Source: Myxococcota bacterium (lineage in GTDB: Bacteria > Myxococcota_A > UBA796 > UBA2385). From it: DNA of 64,000 nt. The notes below the pieces were generated by a model. It was not told the DNA's origin. It did no database searches and worked only from the letters and a program-made list of their open reading frames with translations. Position numbers and translations under genes: made by a program. Shown here one piece after another: positions 9,048-18,156 of this stretch (within the stretch, counting starts at the first letter, position 1; the number at the start of each line of letters is the position of its first letter). Where the stretch lies: positions 128,001 to 192,000 of the forward strand of contig JBIJDH010000012.1 in the NCBI GenBank assembly GCA_044344255.1, written 5' to 3'.

Positions 9048-10433
9048 CTACGCCGTGAGCCGGAGGTGCACGCCCGTCTTGGAGCGCACGGTCACCAGGG
9101 GCTCGAGCTCGATCGGCCGCTCGGGCACGGGCTCGACGCCGAAGCGCTGCAGGATCGCCCCGAGGGCCTGGGTGCTCGTCACGAGGGAGAAGGTGTTGCC
9201 GATACAGACCCGCGGCCCGCCCGCGAAGGGGTAGTAGGCGAAGCGGTGCCGCCCCGCCGATCGTTCGGGCAGGAATCGGTCGGGATCGAAGCGCAGCGGC
9301 GCCTCCCAGCGGTCGGCCCGGCGGTGGCTCAGCCAGGGGGACATGGCGAGGCGGGTGCCGGCGGGGACGGCGTAGGGGCCGAGCTGATCGGGGGCGAGGG
9401 CGCTGCGCTCGAACCACCAGACGGGCGGGTAGAGGCGCAGGCCCTCGTCCACCACCCTGCGCACGTAGGCGAGCTGCTTGAGGTCGGCGAAGGAGGGCGG
9501 CCCGGGCAGGGCCTGGGCCTCGGCGCGGGCGCGGGCCTGCTCGGCGGGGTGCTGGGCGAGCAGGTAGAGCTCCCAGGCGAGGCTCGTGGCGGTGGTCTCG
9601 TGTCCGGCCAAGAGGAAGGTGAGGACCTCGTCGCGGAGCTGCTTGTCGTCCATGCCCTCGCCGGTGTCCTCGTCCTTGGCGGCGAGGAGGAGGCCGAGGA
9701 GGTCGGCGTCGCGGCGGGAGGCGGCGGCGGCCGGCTCGGCCCGGCGGGCGGCGATGAGCTTGAAGACGAGGGCGTCGAGGGCCTTGACCGCGCTTGTGTA
9801 GCGTCGATTGTTTGGGGTCGGCCAGCCGATCGGCAGCTTCAGGAGCTCACGGCTGCGCACGACGATCGCCCGCGCCACCACGCCGAAGTGGTGGTGGGCG
9901 GCCTCGAGGTCGGCCGCGAGATCGGCGCCGAAGAGCGTGCGGGTGGCGATGCGGAAGGCGAGCTCCATCATCGCGTGGGCCATGTCGAGGGTCTGGCCGG
10001 GGGCCCAGCCGGCGAGGGTGCGCTCCACCTCCTCGGCGGTGATCCGCGAGAAGGTCTCGAGGTGCCGGTGGTGGAAGGCGGGCTGGGCGAGGCGCCGCTG
10101 TCGCTTCCAGAGCTCGCCTTCGCTCGTGAGCAGCCCGTTGCCGAGGAGCGGCCGCATGTCCTCGTACATCGAGCTCTTCACGTAGTTCTTCGCGTTGTCC
10201 TTGAGGATGTGCTCGACGTAGTCGGGCTCGGAGATGAGCCAGACCCACTCCCCCGCCACCGGGATCCGCAGGAGGCCGCCGTGCTCCGCCGCCAGGCTGT
10301 CGAGGAGGCCGAGGGCGTCTGCGAACATGCCGCGGAGCACCGAGAAGGTGGCCGTCCACGGCGGGCCCGGCGGGGAGGGCGCGGACGGGGAGGACGAGGA
10401 CGGGGGAGATGAAGGCGGTGGGGGGCTCGACAT
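9048..10433 (-). CDS. Cytochrome P450
   Basis: I-helix AGHETT, EGLR (ExxR), FDPDRF, heme motif FAGGPRVCIG. Confidence 0.95.
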   Translation of the reverse strand: MSSPPPPSSPPSSSSPSAPSPPGPPWTATFSVLRGMFADALGLLDSLAAEHGGLLRIPVAGEWVWLISEPDYVEHILKDNAKNYVKSSMYEDMRPLLGNGLLTSEGELWKRQRRLAQPAFHHRHLETFSRITAEEVERTLAGWAPGQTLDMAHAMMELAFRIATRTLFGADLAADLEAAHHHFGVVARAIVVRSRELLKLPIGWPTPNNRRYTSAVKALDALVFKLIAARRAEPAAAASRRDADLLGLLLAAKDEDTGEGMDDKQLRDEVLTFLLAGHETTATSLAWELYLLAQHPAEQARARAEAQALPGPPSFADLKQLAYVRRVVDEGLRLYPPVWWFERSALAPDQLGPYAVPAGTRLAMSPWLSHRRADRWEAPLRFDPDRFLPERSAGRHRFAYYPFAGGPRVCIGNTFSLVTSTQALGAILQRFGVEPVPERPIELEPLVTVRSKTGVHLRLTA

Positions 10434-10573
10434 TGGCGCGCTCTATCCCGCGATGCACCGCCGTCCGCCCAGCTCCCATCGCTCCCGACAGACCCAGGTG
10501 TTAGGACCGCCGCGGCCCGCGCTCCCGTCGCGACCCCCGCATCCCTGCACCGCCCCGCTCCGAGGTTGAAACG

Positions 10574-11527
10574 ATGTCTCCCCGATCGGCGTCCCTCCAC
10601 GTTCTCGTGACCGGCGGCGCCGGCTACCTCGGCTCCATCCTGGTGGGGACGCTCCTCGAGGCCGGTCACCGGGTCACCGTGCTCGACCGGCTGCTCTACG
10701 GCCAGAACACGCTCTTCCATCACTGCGCGAACCCCCGCTTCGAGTTCGTGCTCGGCGACGCCCGAGATGAGGCCCTGATGCGGCGCCTCGTCGCCACGGC
10801 CGATGTCATCATCCCGCTGGCCGCCGTGGTCGGCGCCACGGCCTGCGATCGGGACCCCTGGATGGCCACCAGCGTCAACCTCGAGGCGGTGCAGATGTTG
10901 AACCGCCTGCGCAGCCGCACGCAGCTCGTCGTCTACCCGAACACGAACAGCGGCTACGGTACCCAGACCGGTGAGCAATTCTGCACAGAGGAGACGCCGC
11001 TCGAGCCCATCACCCACTACGGCATCACCAAGGTGAAGGCCGAGCTCGAGCTGCTCGAAAGCGAGAACGTGATCACGCTGCGGCTGGCCACCGTCTTCGG
11101 CATGTCGCCGCGCATGCGCCTCGATCTGCTCGTGAACCACTTCACCTGGGCGGCGATGTTCGAGCGGTACATCGTGATCTTCGAGAAGGACTTCAAGCGG
11201 AACTACATCCACGTGCGCGACGTGGCCGACGCCTTCCTCCACTGCATCACCCACCCCGAGAAGATGGTGGGCCGCCCGCACAACGCCGGGCTCGACGAGG
11301 CCAACCTCTCGAAGGAGGAGCTCGCGCTCTTGGTGAAGCGCTACTTCCCCGACTTCTACATCCACTTTGGCGAGGTCGGCTCCGACCCCGACAAGCGGAA
11401 CTACATCGTCTCCAACCAGCGCCTGCGAGAGGCCGGCTTCGAGGCGAAGCGCAGCATCGACGACGGCGTGGTCGAGCTCATCAAGGGCTACCGCATGCTC
11501 GGCCGCCCCGCCTTCAAGAACGCCTGA
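10574..11527 (+). CDS. Extended SDR resembling Campylobacter Cj1427 GDP-D-glycero-D-manno-heptose 4-dehydrogenase
   Basis: TGGAGYLG, 'YPNTNSGYG', YGITK, 'RLATVFGMSPRMRLDLLVN', 'RNYIHVRDV', 'DPDKRNYIVSN' match Cj1427 segments as I recall them. Confidence 0.8.
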   Translation: MSPRSASLHVLVTGGAGYLGSILVGTLLEAGHRVTVLDRLLYGQNTLFHHCANPRFEFVLGDARDEALMRRLVATADVIIPLAAVVGATACDRDPWMATSVNLEAVQMLNRLRSRTQLVVYPNTNSGYGTQTGEQFCTEETPLEPITHYGITKVKAELELLESENVITLRLATVFGMSPRMRLDLLVNHFTWAAMFERYIVIFEKDFKRNYIHVRDVADAFLHCITHPEKMVGRPHNAGLDEANLSKEELALLVKRYFPDFYIHFGEVGSDPDKRNYIVSNQRLREAGFEAKRSIDDGVVELIKGYRMLGRPAFKNA

Positions 11528-11530
11528 GCC

Positions 11531-12277
11531 GTGCGCCCCTCGCCGCCCGAGCTCTCCGCGATCCCGGCCCTGCTGCTCGTCGGCGGCCAGGGCACCCGCC
11601 TGCAGGCCGTCGTCTCGGACCGCCCGAAGCCGATGGCGGAGGTAGACGGGCGGCCCTTCCTCGGCTTCCTGCTCGACTGGCTGGCCGAGGCGGGCATCCG
11701 TGAGGTGATCCTCTGCACCGGCTACATGGCCGAGCAGCTCGAGGCCCAGCTCGGCGAGCGCCACGGGCCTCTCCGCCTCCGCTACTCGCGCGAGCGGAGC
11801 CCGCTCGGCACCGGCGGCGCCCTCCGCGCGGCCCTGCCCCTGCTCGGCGCGCCGGGCGACTGTCCCTGTGTGCTCGTCCTGAACGGTGACTCCTTCTTCG
11901 GCGTCCCGCTCGCCGACCTGCAACGCTTCCACGTCGCGCGCGGCGCCCGCGCCACCCTCGCCCTCGCGGCGGTGCCCGACACCGCCCGTTACGGCCGGGT
12001 CGAGGTGGAGCCGGAGCGCGGGCAGATCACGAGCTTCGTCGAGAAGGGGGCCGCCGGCGGGCCGGGCGCCATCAACGGGGGGGTCTACCTGCTCGACCCT
12101 GCGCTGCTCGCCGCCCTCCCCGCCGAGCGGGCCGTCAGCCTCGAGCGCGAGGCCTTCCCGGCCTGGCTCGGCGGCCCCTTCTACGGCTTCGCCGCCGACG
12201 CCCCCTTCCTCGACATCGGCACCCCCGAGACCTACGCCGCCGCCCCGGCCTTCTTTCGGGCCGGAGCCCCCCGATGA
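11531..12277 (+). CDS. hddC: D-glycero-D-manno-heptose 1-phosphate guanylyltransferase
   Basis: GGQGTRL...PKPM, LGTGGAL, NGDSF, INGGVY, FLDIGTPE; heptose-gene context. Confidence 0.8.
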   Translation: MRPSPPELSAIPALLLVGGQGTRLQAVVSDRPKPMAEVDGRPFLGFLLDWLAEAGIREVILCTGYMAEQLEAQLGERHGPLRLRYSRERSPLGTGGALRAALPLLGAPGDCPCVLVLNGDSFFGVPLADLQRFHVARGARATLALAAVPDTARYGRVEVEPERGQITSFVEKGAAGGPGAINGGVYLLDPALLAALPAERAVSLEREAFPAWLGGPFYGFAADAPFLDIGTPETYAAAPAFFRAGAPR

Positions 12278-13446
12278 CCTCCCCTTCGCCTGACGCCGCC
12301 CCTTCGGCGCTCCCCCGCCGCGGCTACGTGCTGCTGGACCGCGACGGCACCCTCATCGTCGAGCGCCACTACCTCTCCGATCCCGAGGGCGTGGAGCTGC
12401 TCCCCGGCGCCGCGGCGGGCCTACGGCGCCTCAGCCAGCTCGGCCTCGGCCTCCTCGTCGTGACCAACCAGTCCGGCGTGGGCCGGGGGCTCTTCACCGA
12501 GGCGACAGTGGACGCCATCCACGTCCGCCTCTCCGCGCTCCTCGCCGCGGAGGGTGTGGAGATCGAGCATTACTTCTCCTGCCCGCACCTGCCCGAGGCG
12601 GGCTGCGCCTGTCGGAAGCCCCTGCCCGGGATGGGCCTGGCCGCCGCGGAGCGCTTCGGCTTCGATCCGCGAGCCGCCTTCGTCATCGGCGACAAGCCCT
12701 GCGACATCGAGCTCGGCCAGGCCCTCGGCGCCACCACCCTGCTCGTGCTGACCGGCTACGGCTGGCGGCACGCGGGGGAGGGCTGCGCCCCCGATCACGT
12801 GGTGGACAACCTCTCCGCCGCGGCGACCCGCATCGCCGCCCTCCTCGACCGGCCCGGCGCCGCGGAGGACCCCTTCACCACCATCGAGGCCCACTTCGCC
12901 GCCTCGATCGCCGTGAAGGGCGATACGGCGCAGCGCTGTGGCCCCGCCATCACCGCCGCCGCCCGCCTGATCACCGCCCGCTTCCAGGCCGGCGGCAAGC
13001 TGCTGCTCTGCGGCAACGGGGGCAGCGCGGCCGACTGCCAGCACATGGCCGCCGAGCTCACGAGCCGCCTGACAAAGGCGGTCGAGCGCCCCGGCCTCCC
13101 CGCCCTCGCGCTCACCACCGACACCTCCTTCCTCACGGCCTACGCCAATGACTGTGGCTTCGCCGGCATCTTCGCTCGGCAGGTGGAGGCGCTCGGCCGC
13201 CCGGGCGACGTCCTGCTTGGCATCAGCACGAGCGGGAGCTCGGAGAACGTGCTCCTCGCCGCCGACGAGGCCCGCCGCCGCGGGATGGCCGTGATCACGC
13301 TCACCGGGGCCGGCGGCAAGCTGGCGGCGCTCTCCGACGTGAACATCTCCGTGCCCAGTGAGGACACCCAGTTCGTGCAAGAGTCCCACCTCGCGATCGA
13401 GCACATCCTCTGCGCCCTCGTCGAGCGCGCGCTCTTCGCCCGCTGA
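12274..13446 (+). CDS. gmhB-gmhA: Fused heptose 1,7-bisphosphate phosphatase (GmhB) and sedoheptulose 7-phosphate isomerase (GmhA)
   Basis: HAD DRDGTL, VTNQSG, CPH...CACRKP, IGD; then SIS CGNGGSAADCQH, ISTSGSSENV, QESH. Confidence 0.9.
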   Translation: MTSPSPDAAPSALPRRGYVLLDRDGTLIVERHYLSDPEGVELLPGAAAGLRRLSQLGLGLLVVTNQSGVGRGLFTEATVDAIHVRLSALLAAEGVEIEHYFSCPHLPEAGCACRKPLPGMGLAAAERFGFDPRAAFVIGDKPCDIELGQALGATTLLVLTGYGWRHAGEGCAPDHVVDNLSAAATRIAALLDRPGAAEDPFTTIEAHFAASIAVKGDTAQRCGPAITAAARLITARFQAGGKLLLCGNGGSAADCQHMAAELTSRLTKAVERPGLPALALTTDTSFLTAYANDCGFAGIFARQVEALGRPGDVLLGISTSGSSENVLLAADEARRRGMAVITLTGAGGKLAALSDVNISVPSEDTQFVQESHLAIEHILCALVERALFAR

Positions 13447-13495
13447 CCCGCCCGCTGACCGGGGCGCCCCCCCGCGCGCCTGAACGGAGCCACCG

Positions 13496-14572
13496 ATGAT
13501 CATCAGCCGCACGCCCTTCCGCATCTCCTTCCTCGGCGGGGGCACCGACTACCCGGGCTGGTTCATGAAGCACGGCGGGGCCGTGCTCGCCGCGACCATC
13601 GACAAGTACTGCTACCTGACGGTGCGGCACCTGCCGCCCTTCTTCGAGCACCGCTTCCGCATCGTCTACTCTCGCATCGAGAGCACGCAGCGGGTCGAGG
13701 ACATCGAGCACCCCGCCGTGCGCGAGGTGCTGCGCCACCACGGCTTCACGCGCGGCCTCGAGATCCACCACGACGGTGACCTGCCGGCCCGCAGCGGCAT
13801 GGGCTCGAGCTCCTCCTTCGCCGTGGGGCTGCTGCACGCCCTCTACGCGCTGCGCGGGCGGATGCCGAGCAAGCTCCAGCTCGCCCGCGAGGCCATCCAC
13901 GTCGAGCAGGAGCTCCTGAAGGAGAACGTGGGCTGCCAAGACCAGGTCTCGGCGGCCTACGGCGGCCTCAACCACATCTCCTTCCTCCCCAACGGCGACT
14001 TCAACGTCCGCCCGATGACGCTGCGGCCCGACCGCATCGCCGACTTCAACGACCACCTGCTGCTCTTCTACACCGGGGTCATCCGCACCGCCTCAGACGT
14101 GGCCGCCAGCTACGTGGGCGATCTCGAGGCGCGCCGCCGCCAGCTCCGCGTGATGAAGGACCTCGTCGATGAGGGCATCTCCGTCCTCGCAGGCGACGGG
14201 CCGATCGCCGAGTTCGGCGGGCTGCTGCACGAGGGCTGGATGGCCAAGCGCAGCCTGAGCGCCAAGATCTCCAACCCCGAGGTGGAGGAGATCTACGAGG
14301 CGGCGCGCGGGGCCGGCGCTATCGGCGGCAAGCTGCTGGGCGCGGGGGGCGGCGGCTTCATCCTCCTCTTCGCCGCGCCCTCGGAGCACGAGAAGATCCA
14401 GGAGCGCCTGTCCGGCCTCATCCACGTCCCCTTCCGCTTCGAGTCGGGGGGCAGCCAGATCCTCTACTGCGACGCCGAGCAGGACTACGCCAGCGCCGAG
14501 GCCCGCCGCGATCGACTGAAGACCACCCCCTTCCGCGAGCTCGAGCCGAGCGCGCTCTCGGACCGTTCATGA
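13496..14572 (+). CDS. hddA: D-glycero-D-manno-heptose 7-phosphate kinase (GHMP family)
   Basis: RTPFRISFLGGGTD, DLPARSGMGSSS, GCQDQ, GGKLLGAGGGGF. Confidence 0.9.
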   Translation: MIISRTPFRISFLGGGTDYPGWFMKHGGAVLAATIDKYCYLTVRHLPPFFEHRFRIVYSRIESTQRVEDIEHPAVREVLRHHGFTRGLEIHHDGDLPARSGMGSSSSFAVGLLHALYALRGRMPSKLQLAREAIHVEQELLKENVGCQDQVSAAYGGLNHISFLPNGDFNVRPMTLRPDRIADFNDHLLLFYTGVIRTASDVAASYVGDLEARRRQLRVMKDLVDEGISVLAGDGPIAEFGGLLHEGWMAKRSLSAKISNPEVEEIYEAARGAGAIGGKLLGAGGGGFILLFAAPSEHEKIQERLSGLIHVPFRFESGGSQILYCDAEQDYASAEARRDRLKTTPFRELEPSALSDRS

Positions 14573-15495
14573 ACAGAGCCGCGCCCGTCCTGGTCAGCCG
14601 CGGCGGCACCCTGCTCGGCCAGGCCCTCGTGCGGCGGCTGCAGGCCCAGGGCTTCACCCACGTGCTGGAGGGGCCGGACCCCGTCGATGGGCCCGCCCTG
14701 CGCGCCTTCTTCGCCGAGGTGCGCCCCGCCTACGTCTTCGTGCCCGGCGGTCGCTCGGGGGGGATCCAGGCGAACACGCGCTACCCCGCCGATCTCATGC
14801 TCGACAACCTGCTCATCGCGGCCAACCTCTTCCCGCTCGCGCACGAATTCGGGGTCGAGAAGCTGCTCTACCTCGCGAGCTCCTGCGTCTACCCGCGCCT
14901 AGCCCCCCAGCCCCTCGCCGTCGAGTCCCTCTGGCAGGGCCCCCTCGAGCCCACGAACGAGGCCTACGCCACCTCCCGCCTCGCGGCCCTCACCCTCGGG
15001 CGGGCCTACCGGCAGCAGCACGGCGCTCCCTTCTTCACCGCCATCCCCACCAACCTCTACGGGCCGGGCGATCACGCCTCCCCCGAAGACGCCCACGTCA
15101 TCCCGAGCCTGCTCATCCGCATGCACCGGGCCCGGGTGGCGGGCGCCCCCGAGGTGGTGCTCTGGGGCACCGGCACGCCGCGGCGGGAGTTCCTCTACGT
15201 CGATGACGTGGCCGACGCCGCCCTGGTCGTGATGGACCAGTACACCGGCGAGGCGCCCGTGAACCTCGCCGGTGGAGAGGACGTGTCCATCCTCGAGCTC
15301 GCCGCCCTCGTCGCCGGGGTGGTGGGCTACACCGGCGCGCTGCGCTGCGACACGAGCCGCCCCGACGGCATGCCGCTCAAGGCCCTCGACGGGGGCCCCC
15401 TCGCCGCGCTCGGCTGGCGGCCCACCGTCGGCCTGCGCGAGGGCCTCGCCCGCACCTACGCCGCGCTGCTGGAGGAGGGCATCCCCCCGCAGTAG
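14569..15495 (+). CDS. fcl: GDP-L-fucose synthase-family (Fcl/ColC-like) 4-keto-sugar epimerase/reductase
   Basis: GGIQAN, SSCVYP, LEPTNEAY, PTNLYGPGD, HVIP, WGTGTPRREFLYVDD. Confidence 0.85.
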   Translation: MNRAAPVLVSRGGTLLGQALVRRLQAQGFTHVLEGPDPVDGPALRAFFAEVRPAYVFVPGGRSGGIQANTRYPADLMLDNLLIAANLFPLAHEFGVEKLLYLASSCVYPRLAPQPLAVESLWQGPLEPTNEAYATSRLAALTLGRAYRQQHGAPFFTAIPTNLYGPGDHASPEDAHVIPSLLIRMHRARVAGAPEVVLWGTGTPRREFLYVDDVADAALVVMDQYTGEAPVNLAGGEDVSILELAALVAGVVGYTGALRCDTSRPDGMPLKALDGGPLAALGWRPTVGLREGLARTYAALLEEGIPPQ

Positions 15496-15520
15496 GCCCG
15501 CCGCGCAGGTGGCCCGGCCC

Positions 15521-16750
15521 TCAGCCGCTCACGAGGCGCTGGAGGACCGGGGGATGGGTGGGGAAGAGCCGCGCCGCCGCCTCGATGAGCTTCTGGGCGT
15601 CCTCGCCCCGACCCACGGTCCGCAAGAGGTCGACGAGGTGGAGATAGCCCTCGGGGAAGTTCGGGAAGCGGTCGAGCAGCCCCTTGGCGAAGCCGAAGGC
15701 CTGGGCGGTGTCGCCCCGCGCCACGGCCGTGCGCACGGCCTCCGACTGGAGGTCGGCCGACTCGGAGGAGCGCAGCAGGGCGCCCTCGATGCCCTTGAGC
15801 CAGCGCTCATCCCCGCGGGCGAGCGCCGGCACCACCTTGGCGAGGAGGGCCTGCACGGCTCGGCCCTCGACCTCCCGGTAGCGGGACCCCGCGGCGGGCC
15901 GCGGGCTGGCCGTCTTCATCTGCACGCCGTACTGGCGCTCCCACTGGAGGAGGGTCTGGTCGTGGGCGGGGTTGGCCTCGAGGGAGGCCCGGGACTGGGC
16001 GATCGCCTCGTCGCGGCGCTTGCGCCAGTCTTCGTAACCCTCCGGGTTCGCGGCGTAGATCAACCGCGCGAGGGCCTCGGAGTCGCGCAGGCGCTCGTCG
16101 AGGGTCTGGTGATAGAAGTGCTCCCAGAAGAGCAGGTTCTGCATGCGCATCGTGGGGCCGAGCTTGAGCTCGACGTCGTAGTCGAGCACCCGCTTGCGGC
16201 CGATGAACAGACCGAGCTCGAAGAGCCACTTGTCGTCGTACCAGAAGGGGAAGTGCTCCGTGAAGATCCGCCCGATCGCGTTCGCGAATTCCCCGCTGAT
16301 GAAGGAGTAGGTGCCGAAGCTGCCCTTGTTGAAGCTGTCGCGGGGGTAGGCGTAGAGCACGCGGTCGGGCACGGCGTCAAAGGCCTGGCGGGTGATGCCG
16401 TCCCAGTCCGGCGTGTCAAAGACCCCCTTGTCCCCGGAGATCATGTAGATCCCCGCGCCGTCGGGCTTGGCCGCCCGCATGATGTTGTACATCTCCCCCT
16501 GGGTGTCGGTGGCGCCGCCGACCACCGCGTGGAGCGGGAAGGAGAAGGGGTTCTCCTTCAGGAGCTCGATGGTGGGCGCATCGTCACTGTCTGCGTAGAC
16601 CCAGACCTCGAGCTTGTCCTTGCGCGAGGTGCTGCGCTCGTAGGACTGCAGCAGGCTGCGCAGGCCCTCCGCGCGGCCGCGGGAGGGGATGAGGACGGCG
16701 ATCTGGTCGGGGTCGACGACCGGGCGATGGACGTGGAGCGCCACGGGCAC
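15521..16750 (-). CDS. Putative GT-A-like glycosyltransferase with C-terminal TPR-like helices
   Basis: 'IAVLIPSRGR...VWVYADSDD', 'FWYDDKW', C-terminal 'LDRFPNFPEGYLHL'. Confidence 0.55.
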   Translation of the reverse strand: MPVALHVHRPVVDPDQIAVLIPSRGRAEGLRSLLQSYERSTSRKDKLEVWVYADSDDAPTIELLKENPFSFPLHAVVGGATDTQGEMYNIMRAAKPDGAGIYMISGDKGVFDTPDWDGITRQAFDAVPDRVLYAYPRDSFNKGSFGTYSFISGEFANAIGRIFTEHFPFWYDDKWLFELGLFIGRKRVLDYDVELKLGPTMRMQNLLFWEHFYHQTLDERLRDSEALARLIYAANPEGYEDWRKRRDEAIAQSRASLEANPAHDQTLLQWERQYGVQMKTASPRPAAGSRYREVEGRAVQALLAKVVPALARGDERWLKGIEGALLRSSESADLQSEAVRTAVARGDTAQAFGFAKGLLDRFPNFPEGYLHLVDLLRTVGRGEDAQKLIEAAARLFPTHPPVLQRLVSG

Positions 16751-16880
16751 CTCGGGAGAGCGGGGGCCGGCGCTGTAAACGGGCCCGCCCGCTCGGGCAA
16801 CGGCCCGGTTCGTGCCCCCCGGGCGCCTTGGCTCGGCCGGCGGGAGCGGCTAGACGGGGCTACCACCCGCGAGGCCCCCG

Positions 16881-18113
16881 ATGTCGGCAAGCTCCCCCGA
16901 GACGCAGCCTGGGACGATGGAAGAGACGACGGCGACGGTGCCGCGGCTCGACTGGCCCCTGATGCACAACAACATCACCCGGGCTGACCTCGACGCCCTC
17001 ATCGCCTACCTCCAGCAGCCCGAGCCGATGCTCACCCAGGCGGGCCAGGTGCGCGCCTTCGAGGCCGAGTGGTCGGCCTGGACGGGCGTGAAGTACAGCG
17101 TCTTCGTCAACTCGGGGGCCTCGGCGAACCTGATCACGATGGCGGCCCTCCGCCACCTCCACGGGCCGGGCAAGGTGATCGTGCCCACGCTCACCTGGGT
17201 CTCCGACATCGCGAGCGTGCTCCAGGCCGGCTTCGAGCCGGTCTTCGTCGACATCGACCCCCGCACCCTCGGCATGGACGAAGATCAGGTGCTGGCGGCC
17301 CTCACCGACGACACGCGGGCCGTCTTCCTCACCTACGTGCTGGGCTACAACGCGCTCTCCCGTCGCCTGCTCGACGCCCTGGCCGCCCGCGGCGTCCCCC
17401 TCATCGAGGACGTCTGCGAGTCGCACGGCGCCACCTTCGAGGGCCGCCGCCTCGGCAGCTTCGGGCTCGCCTCCAACTTCTCCTTCTACTACGCCCATCA
17501 TATGAGCACGATCGAAGGAGGGATGGTCTGCACCGACGACGAGGAGCTCTACCAGACCGTCCGGATGTTGCGCTCCCACGGCATGGTGCGCGAGTCCACC
17601 TCCGAGGCGGTCAAGCAGGGCTTCCGCGACCGCTTCCCTGACCTCAACTCCGACTTCATCTTCGCGATGCCCGCCTGGAACGTGCGCAGCACCGAGCTCA
17701 ACGCCGTGATCGGCCGCGCGCAGCTCCCGCGCCTCGACGAGAACAACGTCGAGCGGAGCGGCAACCTCGCCCTCTTCCTCTCGCTGCTCGACCCCAAGAA
17801 GTACCGCACCGAGTTCACCCAGGAGGGGAGCAGCAACTACGCCTTCACCCTCGTGCTCCGCGCGCCCGACGCCGCCCTGTGGTCCAGGGTCGAGGCCACG
17901 CTGCGGGCGGCCAAGGTGGAGTTCCGCCGCGGCCTCTCGGGCGGCGGCAACATGCTGCGCCAGCCCTTCCTCCGCGGGATGGTCGAAGAGGGCGTGTGGA
18001 CGCGCTTCCCCGAGGTGGAGCACATCCACTTCTACTCCTGCTACATCGGGAACTACCCGGGGCTGGACCCGAGGAAGATTCACACGATCTGCGCGCTGCT
18101 GAACGCGCTCTGA
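16881..18113 (+). CDS. DegT/DnrJ-family PLP enzyme, ColD/E1-type sugar C3-dehydratase (alternative start 16917)
   Basis: VNSGASAN, EDVCESHGA, and 'SFYYAHHMSTIEGG' with His where aminotransferases have Lys. Confidence 0.8.
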   Translation: MSASSPETQPGTMEETTATVPRLDWPLMHNNITRADLDALIAYLQQPEPMLTQAGQVRAFEAEWSAWTGVKYSVFVNSGASANLITMAALRHLHGPGKVIVPTLTWVSDIASVLQAGFEPVFVDIDPRTLGMDEDQVLAALTDDTRAVFLTYVLGYNALSRRLLDALAARGVPLIEDVCESHGATFEGRRLGSFGLASNFSFYYAHHMSTIEGGMVCTDDEELYQTVRMLRSHGMVRESTSEAVKQGFRDRFPDLNSDFIFAMPAWNVRSTELNAVIGRAQLPRLDENNVERSGNLALFLSLLDPKKYRTEFTQEGSSNYAFTLVLRAPDAALWSRVEATLRAAKVEFRRGLSGGGNMLRQPFLRGMVEEGVWTRFPEVEHIHFYSCYIGNYPGLDPRKIHTICALLNAL

Positions 18114-18156
18114 GCGGGCGGGGCGCTTCGGAAGAGGCGCCCCGGCGGCGGGGGCC

